Source: Adineta vaga (Eukaryota > Animalia > Rotifera). Taken from it: 64,000 bases of DNA. Position 1 is the first letter of the stretch, and each line of letters opens with the position of its first letter. The position numbers were made by a program, and so were the translations under genes. This document shows, piece by piece, positions 26,362 to 38,345 of the stretch. The notes beneath the pieces are model-generated. The model was not told the DNA's origin. It saw nothing but the letters and a program-made list of their open reading frames with translations, and ran no database searches. The stretch is from contig CP075497.1 of assembly GCA_021613535.1 (NCBI GenBank), forward strand, positions 496,001 to 560,000. The letters run 5' to 3'.

Positions 26362-28295
26362 TTAATTGATAATAGTATTTTTTTGAATTCTATTAAAACC
26401 TGAATCAGCAATATATAAATCTCCATTAAATTTATCAAGATAAATTCCTTCTGGATAAAATAAATATTCAGTTGTATTTGATCGTTCGTCCAGAGATCCT
26501 TCATATGATATTCCAATAATATCAATACCTTTTAATCCTGTTAATTGATTAATTAATTTAATTGTTTTATCTTGTGATATATAAATATTTCCATGACAAT
26601 CACATTCAATTCCATTTGGACATATATCTCCATCTTGCATTATAATTTCACTTTTAATTGAATTATTAGACCAACGTTGAATTCTATTTGTATCAGCAAC
26701 ATATAAATCATTAGTAAATTGATCAATAAAAATATATCTTGGATAAGATAATTGATTTATTTCTGTACTTGATATTCCATTACCTGCAATAATTAAATAA
26801 TTCTTATAATATGGTGCTAACCATTTCACAACTCGATGTTTATTTGATTCTGAAATAAAAATATTTAAATCTTTATCTAATGACATTCCATATGATCTTG
26901 TTTGATTTCCAATAATTAATATTGATAATTTATTAAGATTTTCTATAAAATATTGAACACGATAATTTCCTTGAATATCTTGATCAATAAAATATAAATT
27001 ATCATTTTCGTGATTAATAAATAAACAACGTGGATAAGATATATTTGATTGTTCATCAAGAATTATTTGACCATATCGTTTTTGTCCAAATAAATATTTT
27101 CTTATTCGATTATTGTTTGTATCAGCAACATAAATATTTTTTTGACTATCAAGATAAACAGATGTTGGTCCTATAAGTCTATTTAATTGATCATTTGATG
27201 TATAAGGTACTCCAGCTACAATTTCTCCATTTTTACTATATTTTGGATTTATTTTACATATTGACAGATTTTTATCTATATATATAAAGAAGAAAGTTTG
27301 TTTGTCTGTCTGTCTGTCTGTCTGTTCGCTATGCATTCAGTCCCTGTAATAGATAACATTCGCAAACTTTCCACAATGCTTCTCTAGGACTATAGAAAGG
27401 TCGATATAGGGTTAGAATCGTCATCGAGGTGGGGGGGGGGGGGGGAAGTTGGTGTCTACATCCAAGATGGACAACTGTAATGCCTTGGTTGGGTTCTCAG
27501 AAAAAACTGAATCTGGAGTGAAATGACTACTCTACCTGTATGGAGTCGAAGTGAAAGTTATAAACTAGAGAATGCTTTGCAGCGAGCGTCTGAGAATAGG
27601 TAAATCTATCGAGAGGTGGGAGTTGCAGCGGGACATTGGGTGTGGATTTAAAAGGAACATAGCTGTACGTCGTATGTATAGCGAGAAAAGACCAGTAGGA
27701 AAGAACTAATGAAGAGATGAGAAAAGTTCTGAAAAAAAGACCTGATGCATGACGTGAAAAGGTACATAGAAGGGTTTCAGTACGGAGGAGAAAGACGTGT
27801 GAAAGACAGGTAACTCGCACTGAGTGGCGACCTAAAGGATTACAATAGCTAAGGCAGGGCAGGAAAGGAGGGTGTGAGGATCTTCTGATACACGACGGGT
27901 AAACATCAACGGAGAGGTCCGTTGGTTGATGAAAAAAGTACTGTTTTAGATGAGAAGCGTAAATTGTGTCCTCTTTGCAGTTGGTATCTCCGCTAGTATT
28001 CTATATTTATAGAAATTTTAAAAACAAAATTCTTTTCAAAAAAAATAATCATTTTTTTACTTATTGTAGGTGATAAAGTTAAATTGTTAAATGTTGTTGT
28101 TGTTGTTGTTGTAAATATCGAAGATTTTTGTTTATATAAAATTATTAATAGAATACAAATTAATAATAGAATAAAAAAGATGATTATACAAATAATAAAT
28201 ATTAATCTTTGTTTTTTAAAACAATTCTTTTTTGAACGAATAAAAGGTTCGGTATCATGTGCAGTAAGTGAACTTGATATATTAAAATTTGTCAT
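26362..28295 (-). CDS. Type II membrane NHL-repeat protein, exon 2 interrupted by a Helitron
   Basis: Exon 1 (28295-28061): TM plus Thr stalk. Exon 2: IYVADTNNNRI, LYIADSGFNRIQ NHL repeats. Confidence 0.8.
27275..27996 (+). mobile_element. Non-autonomous Helitron
   Basis: A|TCTATATATATAAAG start, (GTCT)n microsatellite near the 5' end, CTAG|T end, no TSD; removing it restores the host reading frame (K-Y-K-N-L-S-I-C). The 3' hairpin is weak. Confidence 0.82.
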
Positions 28296-28635
28296 AATCT
28301 ATAAAAACAAAAAAAAATAAGTTCAATAGAATATATAAATTTTGTTTAATATTTATGAAACATTTTTGTATAGATAAGAAAAATAGATATGATATGTTTT
28401 GATTGAAATTAACGAAAGAAATAATTATCGCATGGTACGATGTCGATAGTGAAGTTTTTCGTTTAATAAATAAAATAGAAAGTAATGATAGAACGAGAAG
28501 AAAAAAAAAAAGATAAGAAACTATTGAGAAAAATTGCTTATTTAAGTGTAATGAAAATATATAAAATATTTCAATATAATTAATGAAGCATATCATAAAA
28601 TTTTTTTATTTTTTTATGAATAAACAATAAATTGA

Positions 28636-31002
28636 ATGGAAGAAATAACTCCGATCAAACGTCATTTATTTGATTCAAATAAAACAAAAGAAATATCAAA
28701 TGTTTCAACATTAATATGGTTAGATCAAATAAGTAAAGATGATTCTGATGATCCATTATATGTACGAAAATTATTAAAACAATTTCATGAAAATTGTTTA
28801 TTTTATAATGATTTAAAATTATTTATTGATGATATTAATAATAATATTATATTTAAAAATAAAGAAAATACTTTATTAATTATATCTGGTTTATTTACAA
28901 ATGATATTTTAAATAATAATTTAATAAGAAAAAAAATTTCATCAATTATTATTTTTTGTAATGATAATAATAAATATTTAAAATATTCAAAATCAACATA
29001 TGTTATTGATATTTGTATTGATTATAATTCATTAAAAAATACAATTCAACGTGTTTTATTACCATTAAAACATGAATTAGATGAAGATCGTCAATTTAAT
29101 ACAATTCGTTTTTTAAAAACAAAATCATTTTATAATACAAATGCTGTTTATTCATATATGTTATTTGTTGAAATATTAAAAGAAGTACCACAAACTAATC
29201 AAGCGAAAGATTATATGTTAAATAAAATTATAAGTTGGAATCGTTATGAACCAAATGAACTTGAAAAAATTGAAAGATTTCGAATTGATTATACACCAGA
29301 TAAAGCTATTCAATGGTATACAGAAGATTCATTTATATATAAATTAATTAATCGAGCATTTAGAACAGAAGATGTATCAATGTGGTATTTATTTCGATTT
29401 TATATTAAAGATTTATGTAAACAAATTGAACAAGTTCATCAAGAACAAAATATAAAACAATGTTTAATACTTTATCGTGGACAATCTCGATTACCAAAAC
29501 AAGAATTTGAAAATATTTGTTCAAATATCGGTGGTCTTATCTCTACAAATGGATTTTTATCATCATCAAAATTATTTGATTTAGCTTATTCATTTATTGC
29601 TGATTGTCAAGATGAAGAAAATTCTCGTGTTGTTATGTTTGAAATAACAGTTGATGCAAAGAATCTTGAAAATATCATATTTGTTGATATTAGTCAACAT
29701 TTACCAAGATCAGGAGAAGGAGAAATACTTTTTAATATTGGAACTATTTTTAAAATTGATTCAGTTGAACAAGAAAAAGAATTTTGGAGAATTAAAATTC
29801 ATGCAACTGATGAAGGATCAAGGGAAATTCAACAAAAAATGGATTTAATGAAAAACAAATTTGAAAAAACAAATTTAAATCTTTTATTTGGTCGATTATT
29901 AATAGATATGGGTTTATTTGATAAAGCTCAATCTTATTTTAATTTAATTTTACAAGTTTTACCTGATCAACATCAAGATTTACCATTAATTTATGATTAT
30001 TTAGGTGATCTTCAAATGCGTATTACAAATTATAATAGAGCATTTGAATATTTTCAATTATCATTAAAATTTAAAAGAAAAAACTCTTTAAATATATGTA
30101 TTACATATAATCATCTTGGAAATTATTATAAATCTATTGAAAATTTCTCCAAAGCAATTTATTATTATAATAAAACTTTAAAATATGAAACAAATCTTTT
30201 TAATATTGGTATAATAAAATTAAATCTTTCATTAATTTATTTAATGATAAAACAATTTTCAAAAGCTGAATTTATATGTTTAGAAGCACGAAATATATTT
30301 CATGAAATTGAATCTTTTTCATATGGAGAAATTCTTTTATGTCAAGGTATATTAGGTGATATTTTATTTCAACAAAATCATTTTAAACAAGCTCAAAGTT
30401 TTTATCATGTTGCATTTGATATGGCAAAAAAATATTTATCAATTGGTGATTCTCGTTTTATTAATTGTATTAATGCATTAGCTAATTTTTATCAAAAACA
30501 AAATAATATTGATTATTCATTAAAATTTTGTTTTCAACAATTAAATGAACATAAAAAATATTTATCAGATGAAAATCATCTTAATATTGCACATATTTAT
30601 ATGAAAATTGCGGATTTATTAAATGATATGAATTATTATAGAAAAGCTTTAAATATTTTTCAAAAAAATCCTCATGATGATTTTCTTTCAAAAGCAAATT
30701 GTTTTTTAAAATTAGCTGAAAGTTATTCAAAAAATGAACAATCTTTATATTGTTATATAAAAGCTAATAAATTATATAAAAAAATTTATCCATTAAATCA
30801 TTCAACAATTATTAAGACACAAAAACAAATAGATAAATTTAAAAAAATGAATATTATTCAAAAATCTTTTGATCAAGATCCAATTATTATTAATGATTAT
30901 TTCGAGAAATTTATATTTAATAATAATAATAATATTTATTCAAATGATCAATCTAATACAAAATCAAATTCAATTTCTGATGTTCAAATACTAAAAGATT
31001 AA
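28636..31002 (+). CDS. ADP-ribosyltransferase (R-S-E clade) plus TPR protein, catalytic motifs intact
   Basis: WYTEDSFIYKLINRAFR, LYRGQ, NGFLSSS, GEGEILF, then TPR repeats; intronless. Confidence 0.88.
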   Translation: MEEITPIKRHLFDSNKTKEISNVSTLIWLDQISKDDSDDPLYVRKLLKQFHENCLFYNDLKLFIDDINNNIIFKNKENTLLIISGLFTNDILNNNLIRKKISSIIIFCNDNNKYLKYSKSTYVIDICIDYNSLKNTIQRVLLPLKHELDEDRQFNTIRFLKTKSFYNTNAVYSYMLFVEILKEVPQTNQAKDYMLNKIISWNRYEPNELEKIERFRIDYTPDKAIQWYTEDSFIYKLINRAFRTEDVSMWYLFRFYIKDLCKQIEQVHQEQNIKQCLILYRGQSRLPKQEFENICSNIGGLISTNGFLSSSKLFDLAYSFIADCQDEENSRVVMFEITVDAKNLENIIFVDISQHLPRSGEGEILFNIGTIFKIDSVEQEKEFWRIKIHATDEGSREIQQKMDLMKNKFEKTNLNLLFGRLLIDMGLFDKAQSYFNLILQVLPDQHQDLPLIYDYLGDLQMRITNYNRAFEYFQLSLKFKRKNSLNICITYNHLGNYYKSIENFSKAIYYYNKTLKYETNLFNIGIIKLNLSLIYLMIKQFSKAEFICLEARNIFHEIESFSYGEILLCQGILGDILFQQNHFKQAQSFYHVAFDMAKKYLSIGDSRFINCINALANFYQKQNNIDYSLKFCFQQLNEHKKYLSDENHLNIAHIYMKIADLLNDMNYYRKALNIFQKNPHDDFLSKANCFLKLAESYSKNEQSLYCYIKANKLYKKIYPLNHSTIIKTQKQIDKFKKMNIIQKSFDQDPIIINDYFEKFIFNNNNNIYSNDQSNTKSNSISDVQILKD

Positions 31003-31081
31003 TTTTATATAAAAATACAAATAATCATAGATTTTATTTATTTTTAAATAAATTTTATATTTCTTCTATTTCAATTTTTAG

Positions 31082-32799
31082 ATGACTAATAATGAACAAG
31101 ATCCACAAAATAATAGTTTTACGATTGGTTATATTCCTCTTTCGAATGAAGATAATCAACCACCAAGAAATTATGCGGTTGTAACTTATAAACAAATCAT
31201 AAGCGCTGTTTTATGTGTATTAACAATAATAGTTTTATTATTGATTTTTATTATGATTATTATATTTAAAACATACAATCAACCTTCATATATTACATAT
31301 AATACAACATCAACATCAACAATAGTAATCATTATAACACCAACAAAAACAACAACTGAATTCAAATCAAAAATTGAAAGTAGGGATGATTTTTTTTATT
31401 GAATATAGTACTCTCATATTCTTCATTAATAAATTTTATAACAAAACTATTCTATACAAAAATTTACAACGTTAAATGGATGTTATCGAATGTATGAGAA
31501 GGAATATATATTGACAAGAATTAGAATGCATTTATCTACACATCATTTTTTATGTTAATCATGTTTTTCACTAGAAACCCACTAGAAAACAACAGTTTTC
31601 CCACCATATTCAAAATATACCTGCCGTTTCCGGGCAGTACACGTTTGACTTGGGCATGGTGTCTAAAACAGTTAAAACTATAGTGGTCAGAATTATGAAT
31701 CAAGAGACGATTTATATTCTACATTTCAATCCTATGTCAGTTCTTTTAATCGTCGTTCTATCTTTTCTAAATACCATTAATAATATGATTATTTTCTTTT
31801 TCTTTTTCTTATTAATTATTTAGCATCAACAATTCCAAGCATAGTACCACCATCTTGTCTCATTCCAACTACGAACGCTGAATGGAATCGAAAAAGTAAC
31901 GTTTTTGTAAATGTTCCTGCTCGATGTCTTTCAAATGAAAATGCACTTTGTAAATCAGAAGATTTATTTATTGATAATATTCATGATAATCTTTATGTTG
32001 TTCATACAAAAAATAATCGTATTCAAAAATATTCATTAACTGAACCATATGATCCTTATCTAGGTGCAATTGGTATAACTGTTGCTTCAAAAGATCTTAT
32101 ACAACCTCAAAGTATCTTCGTTGATAGTCAAACAGAAGATATGTATATATTAGATCATAAAACCAAAATAACAAAACGATCATTTGATTCAGGTTATCGT
32201 GTTCATTTATGGAAAAAAATGATCAAACTGGAAGAATATTATTCAATGAAATAGCTGAATATGGATCTGATAGGAATTATGAATCATATTTAACATTAGA
32301 TAAAGAAATGAATATTTATGTTGGAACAAGATTTCATATAAGAAAATGGTTATTTTCAAGTAATTATACTGAACGAGTGCTTATAGCAGGAATGAGTGAA
32401 ACAGAAGGAAGCGAATTAAGTGATTTATGGGATCCGTATGGTTTTTATGTCGATAATGATTTAACATTATATATTATGGATAGTGGAAATAAACGAATTC
32501 AAAAATGGTTATTTGATGCAACTGAAGGTATTACTTTGGTAAATAGTTTAACATATGTTTATGGATTAACAATAGGTTGTAATGGACATATTTATTATGC
32601 TGATTTTTATGATCATTCAATATTTCAATTAAATTTAAAGAATAATGAGAAAAAAATGATTATTGGTGATGAATATCGCATTCCTGGCAGCCAGGTATTT
32701 AATCCAATGTTGATGAAGTTTGATAAATTTGGAAATATTTTCGTCATCGATACTGATTCGGGATTTCAAGTACGGAAATTTTCGATTACACAAAAATAA
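31082..32799 (+). pseudogene. Type II membrane NHL-repeat gene with a -1 frameshift at 32213-32219 (or a homopolymer error)
   Basis: Exon 1 TM plus Thr stalk; exon 2 from 31824; A7 run where the paralog at 34408 has A8. Confidence 0.75.
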
Positions 32800-32960
32800 T
32801 TTATCATCTTCATTGTAAAACTCTTTTGTTTCTTTTTATCATTTTCCTAAAATTAACAAAAAAAAATTTTTTTAATATTTTCATTTCATATTTTCTAAAT
32901 TTAGTATAACTAACACTTTAAAAACTAATCTTTTGTCTTTAGTTTTATTTTATTTTTAAG

Positions 32961-34992
32961 ATGAATGATCCATTTGATGCTCCACTTATTGTTCCAGTTG
33001 ATAATTCAAGTGTTGTCGTTCATCCAAATTTGAATCAAAGAAATGGACAGCATAGAAATTTAACAAAAGAACAAATTATAGTTCACGTTTCATATATATT
33101 AATAATAGTAGTTCTATTCATTTTTGTAACTATTATTATTTTATTGAATGTGGAAAACAAAAAGTCACCGGATGACTATCGAAAACACGAAAGAATAACA
33201 ATACAGCCAATATTTACAAGAAAAGGTTAGAAAAATTCTTGGAGATATTTTTATTTATAGAAGAGAAGAGGTTTTGTACTCGGATTGATGAAAATGATGA
33301 TTTAAATACGACTCGAAATAGTTGTGTAACTATAGAAAGTGTTGAGTAGATGCTTTACTCTAGTTATACTATTAACTCGAAATTATTTCTTTCACGACGA
33401 TTGGATTTTATTGTATACCTTTATATCTGATAGATGTATTCACGAACCTTTTCAATATCTGCAGTCATTTCATTTTCTTCGTACATAGAATAATCAAAAC
33501 ATTCTCGGAAATGACATGTTCTCTAATACATTTGTTTGAATATTTAATCCTTCAAACAACATTTATGTTTAAAACTATTGAAAATGGTACAATATCTTCA
33601 CTCTAGATCATACAATAGCCATATTAATTATCGTTTGATTGTTTGTATAGTAATTTTGATTATATTAATGATACAGATTTGAATTTAGAATTAGTAAAAT
33701 TACCAAATAGCAAAAGATGATCATTGTCTATAATATCAACTATTTCTTTCAAAACTTTTTTTACTAAGAAACGTAATCTTCTTTTAACGGAGTATAGTAT
33801 TAAGTCAATACTCATCATAGGTATTCATCACAGAGTAAGCTTTCAGATACTTAGTATTAATAGTGGGCTCAACACAATCTAAATAATAATAGTAATACCT
33901 ATAATAATTAAACAAAGAGTATTTTGAGATCTACTATCTACTTTCAAAAGATATTCTTCACCATGAACTAAAATTTCTTTATATTATCTTTTTTTTTCTT
34001 TATTTGATCATTCAGTGTCAACAGATAAAACTCCGATTGATTCGTCTTGTCCTATTCCAACTACAAATGCCGATTGGAATCAAGAAAGTACTGTTTTTGT
34101 AAATGTTCCTGCTCGATGTCTTGCACCAAATCCACATGCACTTTGTGGAATAAGCGATTTATTTATTGATAATATTCATGATAATCTTTATCTTGTCGAT
34201 ATGTACAATCATCGTATACAAAAATATTCATTAACTGAACCATATGATCCTTATCTAGGTGCAATTGGTATAATTGTTGCTTCAAAAGATCTTATAAAAC
34301 CTCAAAGTATCTTCGTTGATAGTCAAACAGAAGATATGTATATATTAGATCATAAAACCAAAATAACAAAACGATCATTTGATTCAGGTTATCGTGTTCA
34401 TTTATGGAAAAAAAATGATCAAACTGGAAGAATATTATTCAATGAAATAGCTGAATATGGATCTGATAGGAATTATGAATCATATTTAACATTAGATAAA
34501 GAAATGAATATTTATGTTGGAACAAGATTTCATATAAGAAAATGGTTATTTTCAAGTAATTATAGTCAACAAGTAATTGTAGCAGGAAAGAGTGAAGAAG
34601 ATATATATGGACCGAGTGGTTTGTATCTTCCAAATGATTTTTATGTTGATAATGATTTAACATTATATATTATGGATAGTGGAAATAAACGAATTCAAAA
34701 ATGGTTATTTAATGCAACTGAAGGTATTACTTTGGTAAATAATTTAACAAATGCTCATGGATTAACAATGGGTTGTAATGGACATATTTATTATGCTGAT
34801 TTTTATGATCATTCAATATTTCAATTAAATTTAAAGAATAATGAGAAAAAAATGATTATTGGTGATGAATATCGCATTCCTGGCAGCCAGGTATTTAATC
34901 CAATGTTTATGAAGTTTGATAAATTTGGAAATATTTTTGCTTTTGATGTAATCTTTTCAATTGTTAAAAAGTTTTCCCTTTTAAAATACTAA
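32961..34992 (+). CDS. Type II membrane NHL-repeat protein (exons 32961-~33225, 34016-34992)
   Basis: TM in exon 1; LYLVDMYNHRIQK and LYIMDSGNKRIQKW repeats. Confidence 0.82.
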
Positions 34993-35244
34993 CTTGTTGT
35001 GATTATCATTCATCTTCAATTAAAGAGAAAAAATGGAAAAAAAATATTTGTTTTTATTCAATATATTCATTATTACGATGACCAATTATACATAAACTTA
35101 ATAATAAAATACATACAGATACATTTAAATCAAGAATATAATAAAAATAAAAGACAAATTTATTTATAAAAGCTGAAAGAATATTCATAATTACACTTAT
35201 CATAATCATAGTCTTGATCACAAAAAAAGGAAACAAATATCTAA

Positions 35245-35309
35245 CTTGAGGGTGTGGGTGGAGATTTATCTGTTGTTCTTTCACACCCACACCCTCACCC
35301 ACCCTCAAG
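35245..35309. repeat. TGAGGG/TGTGGG hairpin element, loop type B, consensus-like
   Basis: CTTGAGGGTGTGGGTG-GAGATTTATCTGTTGTTCTTTCA-CACCCACACCCTCACCCACCCTCAAG. Confidence 0.9.
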
Positions 35310-35617
35310 GTGGGACGATGTTACATGAATATTTCTGAGCTTTAGGAAGAAATAAGTCTCTTTGAAGACACCTTGATAAATTACAAAGACACTTCCATTC
35401 TACGACTCCCTAGAAATTGAGGATAAAAAGCGCTGTGTATAGTTCAAAGCTACATACAATTAGCAGATATTCAACTGAAACTATGTGATTTCCAAGCGGC
35501 TCGTACAAGTCTGACAGCAGCCAAAAATATCCAAAAGAAAATCTCAGACATTGATCATTTTGAACGAGCTTTCAAGTAGACTTAACACACAATGATTTTA
35601 TTTATGGAAATGAAAAT

Positions 35618-36965
35618 TTAGTTCAATACAATGGAAAATTTATAAACTTGATCAAGATCTATAAAATAAATATTACCATGTTTATCCATTTGCATCTTTT
35701 GTGGCGAATGAAATGAAGATCTTTCAAAATAGTGTCCAAAACTAACAATCAATCTAGTTTGATTTGTCTCCATATTAAATTGAGATATAGTATATGCTTT
35801 TGTCTGAATGAAATAAAGATATCCATTACAATCCAATGTTATTCCCAAGACATTCGGTAAGTCTCCTATTATTGTTTTACCTTCGATTGTATTAACTTCC
35901 CACTGATTAATACGTTTATTTTTCCAATCAGCTACATATAATGTGAAATCATCAGTGACGAAGAATGTAATTGGATCATATACGTCAGTCGATTGTGTCG
36001 GTTTTTCCGTATTCTTTCCAGCAACAGCAATTCTTTCTGTATAATTTGTCGATGCTAACCATTTTATAATATAAAACCTTGTTCCAACATATATATTCAT
36101 TTCTTTATCCAATGTTAAGTGATGATAAAAGTATCCAAAATTATATTCACCTTGTTTACTAAGTAAAATTCTTCCAACATTTTCATTTTTCTTCCATAAA
36201 TGAACTCGATAGAAGCATTTACTTGATGAATTAATATGCGGATTTTGATCAAGATCCAAAATATACATATCTTCTGTACGAATATCAACAAATACAGATT
36301 GAGGTAAAATAAGTCCTTTACTAGCAACAGTAATTCCAATTGCACCTATTGTCGAATTATATGTTTCATTTAGGAAATATTTTTGTATTCGATTATTATT
36401 GACATCAGCAACATAGAAAGTATCATGAACATCATCAATAAATATATCTCTCGGGTTACATAAATTATGTTCACTTGGACTACATTGATCAAGTGGATTA
36501 ATAAATATAGTACCTAATTGATTCCATGTTGCATTTACAATTGGAATAGGACAAGATTTTGGTGAAAAACTTGTTTTTGTTTGTTTTGCTAAAACGTAAG
36601 ATTTAAATTATTATTTGTAAGAAAATTTTGATTTTACTTGTTGTTCTTGTTCTTGTCGTCTTATAGATTGTTGGTGATTGATTTATTGTTGTCACTCTTT
36701 CGATTATATTTTCTATTGTAGATGTCTGTGGTTCATTATATGATGAAATATTTTGATTTTTACTTATTAAAAATAATTTGATTGAAGTTATTAATAAAAG
36801 TATTGATAATAATATAATTATAGAACTAATTAGAATGCGTTTTTTTGTTAGAATAGAACATACGAATCTAATTACAGAATTATTGTTAGTACAAGAGAAA
36901 GAAAAAAATGAAGCGTTTGGAGTAGATAAAAATATTTCTGAATCTTCATCACTAGAATCTGTCAT
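35618..36965 (-). CDS. Type II membrane NHL-repeat protein (2 exons), paralog of the previous two
   Basis: Exon 2 from ~36589 reads openly SCPIP...FYVADVNNNRIQKY... into the 36268 ORF; shares LTLDKEMNIYVGTRF. Confidence 0.85.
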
Positions 36966-38014
36966 CTAAAATATCATAGAAAACAATAATTATCGAAATA
37001 TTTCAAATTAAACAAATTGTTCTCTAGAGTATTGTCTTCTCCTTTGATCATTTTTGTTATAATTTCATATGACATTTTGTAGTTGACAAATATTTTTATA
37101 AATATTTAAATTTTCCTTACTAAATTCCATAGGATATGTTTGTTTTTGTTCAAGAAATATGTCATTGTTGTCTAGTGAAAGTTATAAAAGTTGTGTGTTT
37201 ATTAGATTGTGATTATAGTTGAGAATGATCGTTTAACATCGAAAATTTCCATTAAATCTATATTCAACAGAAAACATAGTTCATAGTCTTAATATTATAT
37301 TATTCATGTCAAAACTCACTACATACGATCAGACCACCGTACATTGTTCGTGTTTAGTAAAATTCAGCTTTATCATATTGATAAATATTAAATTAATTTG
37401 AAAAACTTCAAATGAATTGCTTCTTCACTGTTTTAAGAATATTGATTGATATACAGTGTGCGCGTCTCACCATGTTAATGTAAATAAAATAAATTTATTT
37501 TCTTATAATCAATATAATTAATCGAATGACGATGTGAAAGAGAAAAACAAACTGAATTTTGGTAAATTATTTTTCAATGTATTACTCAAATCAAAGGAAG
37601 TAGATGTGATGTTTTCGCTACACCTGAATAAATCAACTTGAAAAATTTATCATTTAACGAAAAATATTTTTCTCCATCGACACATTCAGTATTATATGTA
37701 AAGGTTTTATGAAATAACATTGGCATACCATTCATTAATTGAAGAGATCATCGATAAAGAATGTTCATATATATTTACCATTCAATAGATTTTAGAGACC
37801 ATAATTTAAAAGTACTCAAGTGAACACTCATAAAATTTACGGATATTAATATTTTGTCGACAGATAAATATGGACCAAATGAATACTTATTAATAACTAC
37901 GAGAGTATGAGCAATGAAGAAATGGAAATTTCTTTACTCTAATATGTTTATTTAGTTTGTTCCTATTATTTATAGTATATTTTAAAAAGTAGTTTGTTGC
38001 CATTATTAGAATTA

Positions 38015-38065
38015 TTGGGTGTGGGTGGAGATATATCTGTTGTTCTTTCACACCCACACGCTCAA
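38015..38065. repeat. TGAGGG/TGTGGG hairpin element, loop type B
   Basis: GGGTGTGGGTG-GAGATATATCTGTTGTTCTTTCA-CACCCACACGCTCAA; loop differs from 35245 by one base. Confidence 0.9.
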
Positions 38066-38345
38066 TTTATGCAGTTTTCTCTGTATTTAATGGTAAAAAC
38101 ACTTGCAAATGTTGATGCCTTCACAACAATGTGATTGACGATAGAACGGAAGAAAATTCTTCAAGGATTTTTATTTCTATTAAAAAAAACGATGAAAAAA
38201 ATCTTTTTTTTGCTAAGCAGAGCAACACTTTGTTGTTTGTTTTCATCGCAACATAAAACGAACGGTAAAAGAAAGAGAACAGAAGTGAAACTCTATATAA
38301 TCAGCAATTGTCAATCGTTTAAAACGATAAAAAAAGACAAAACAA

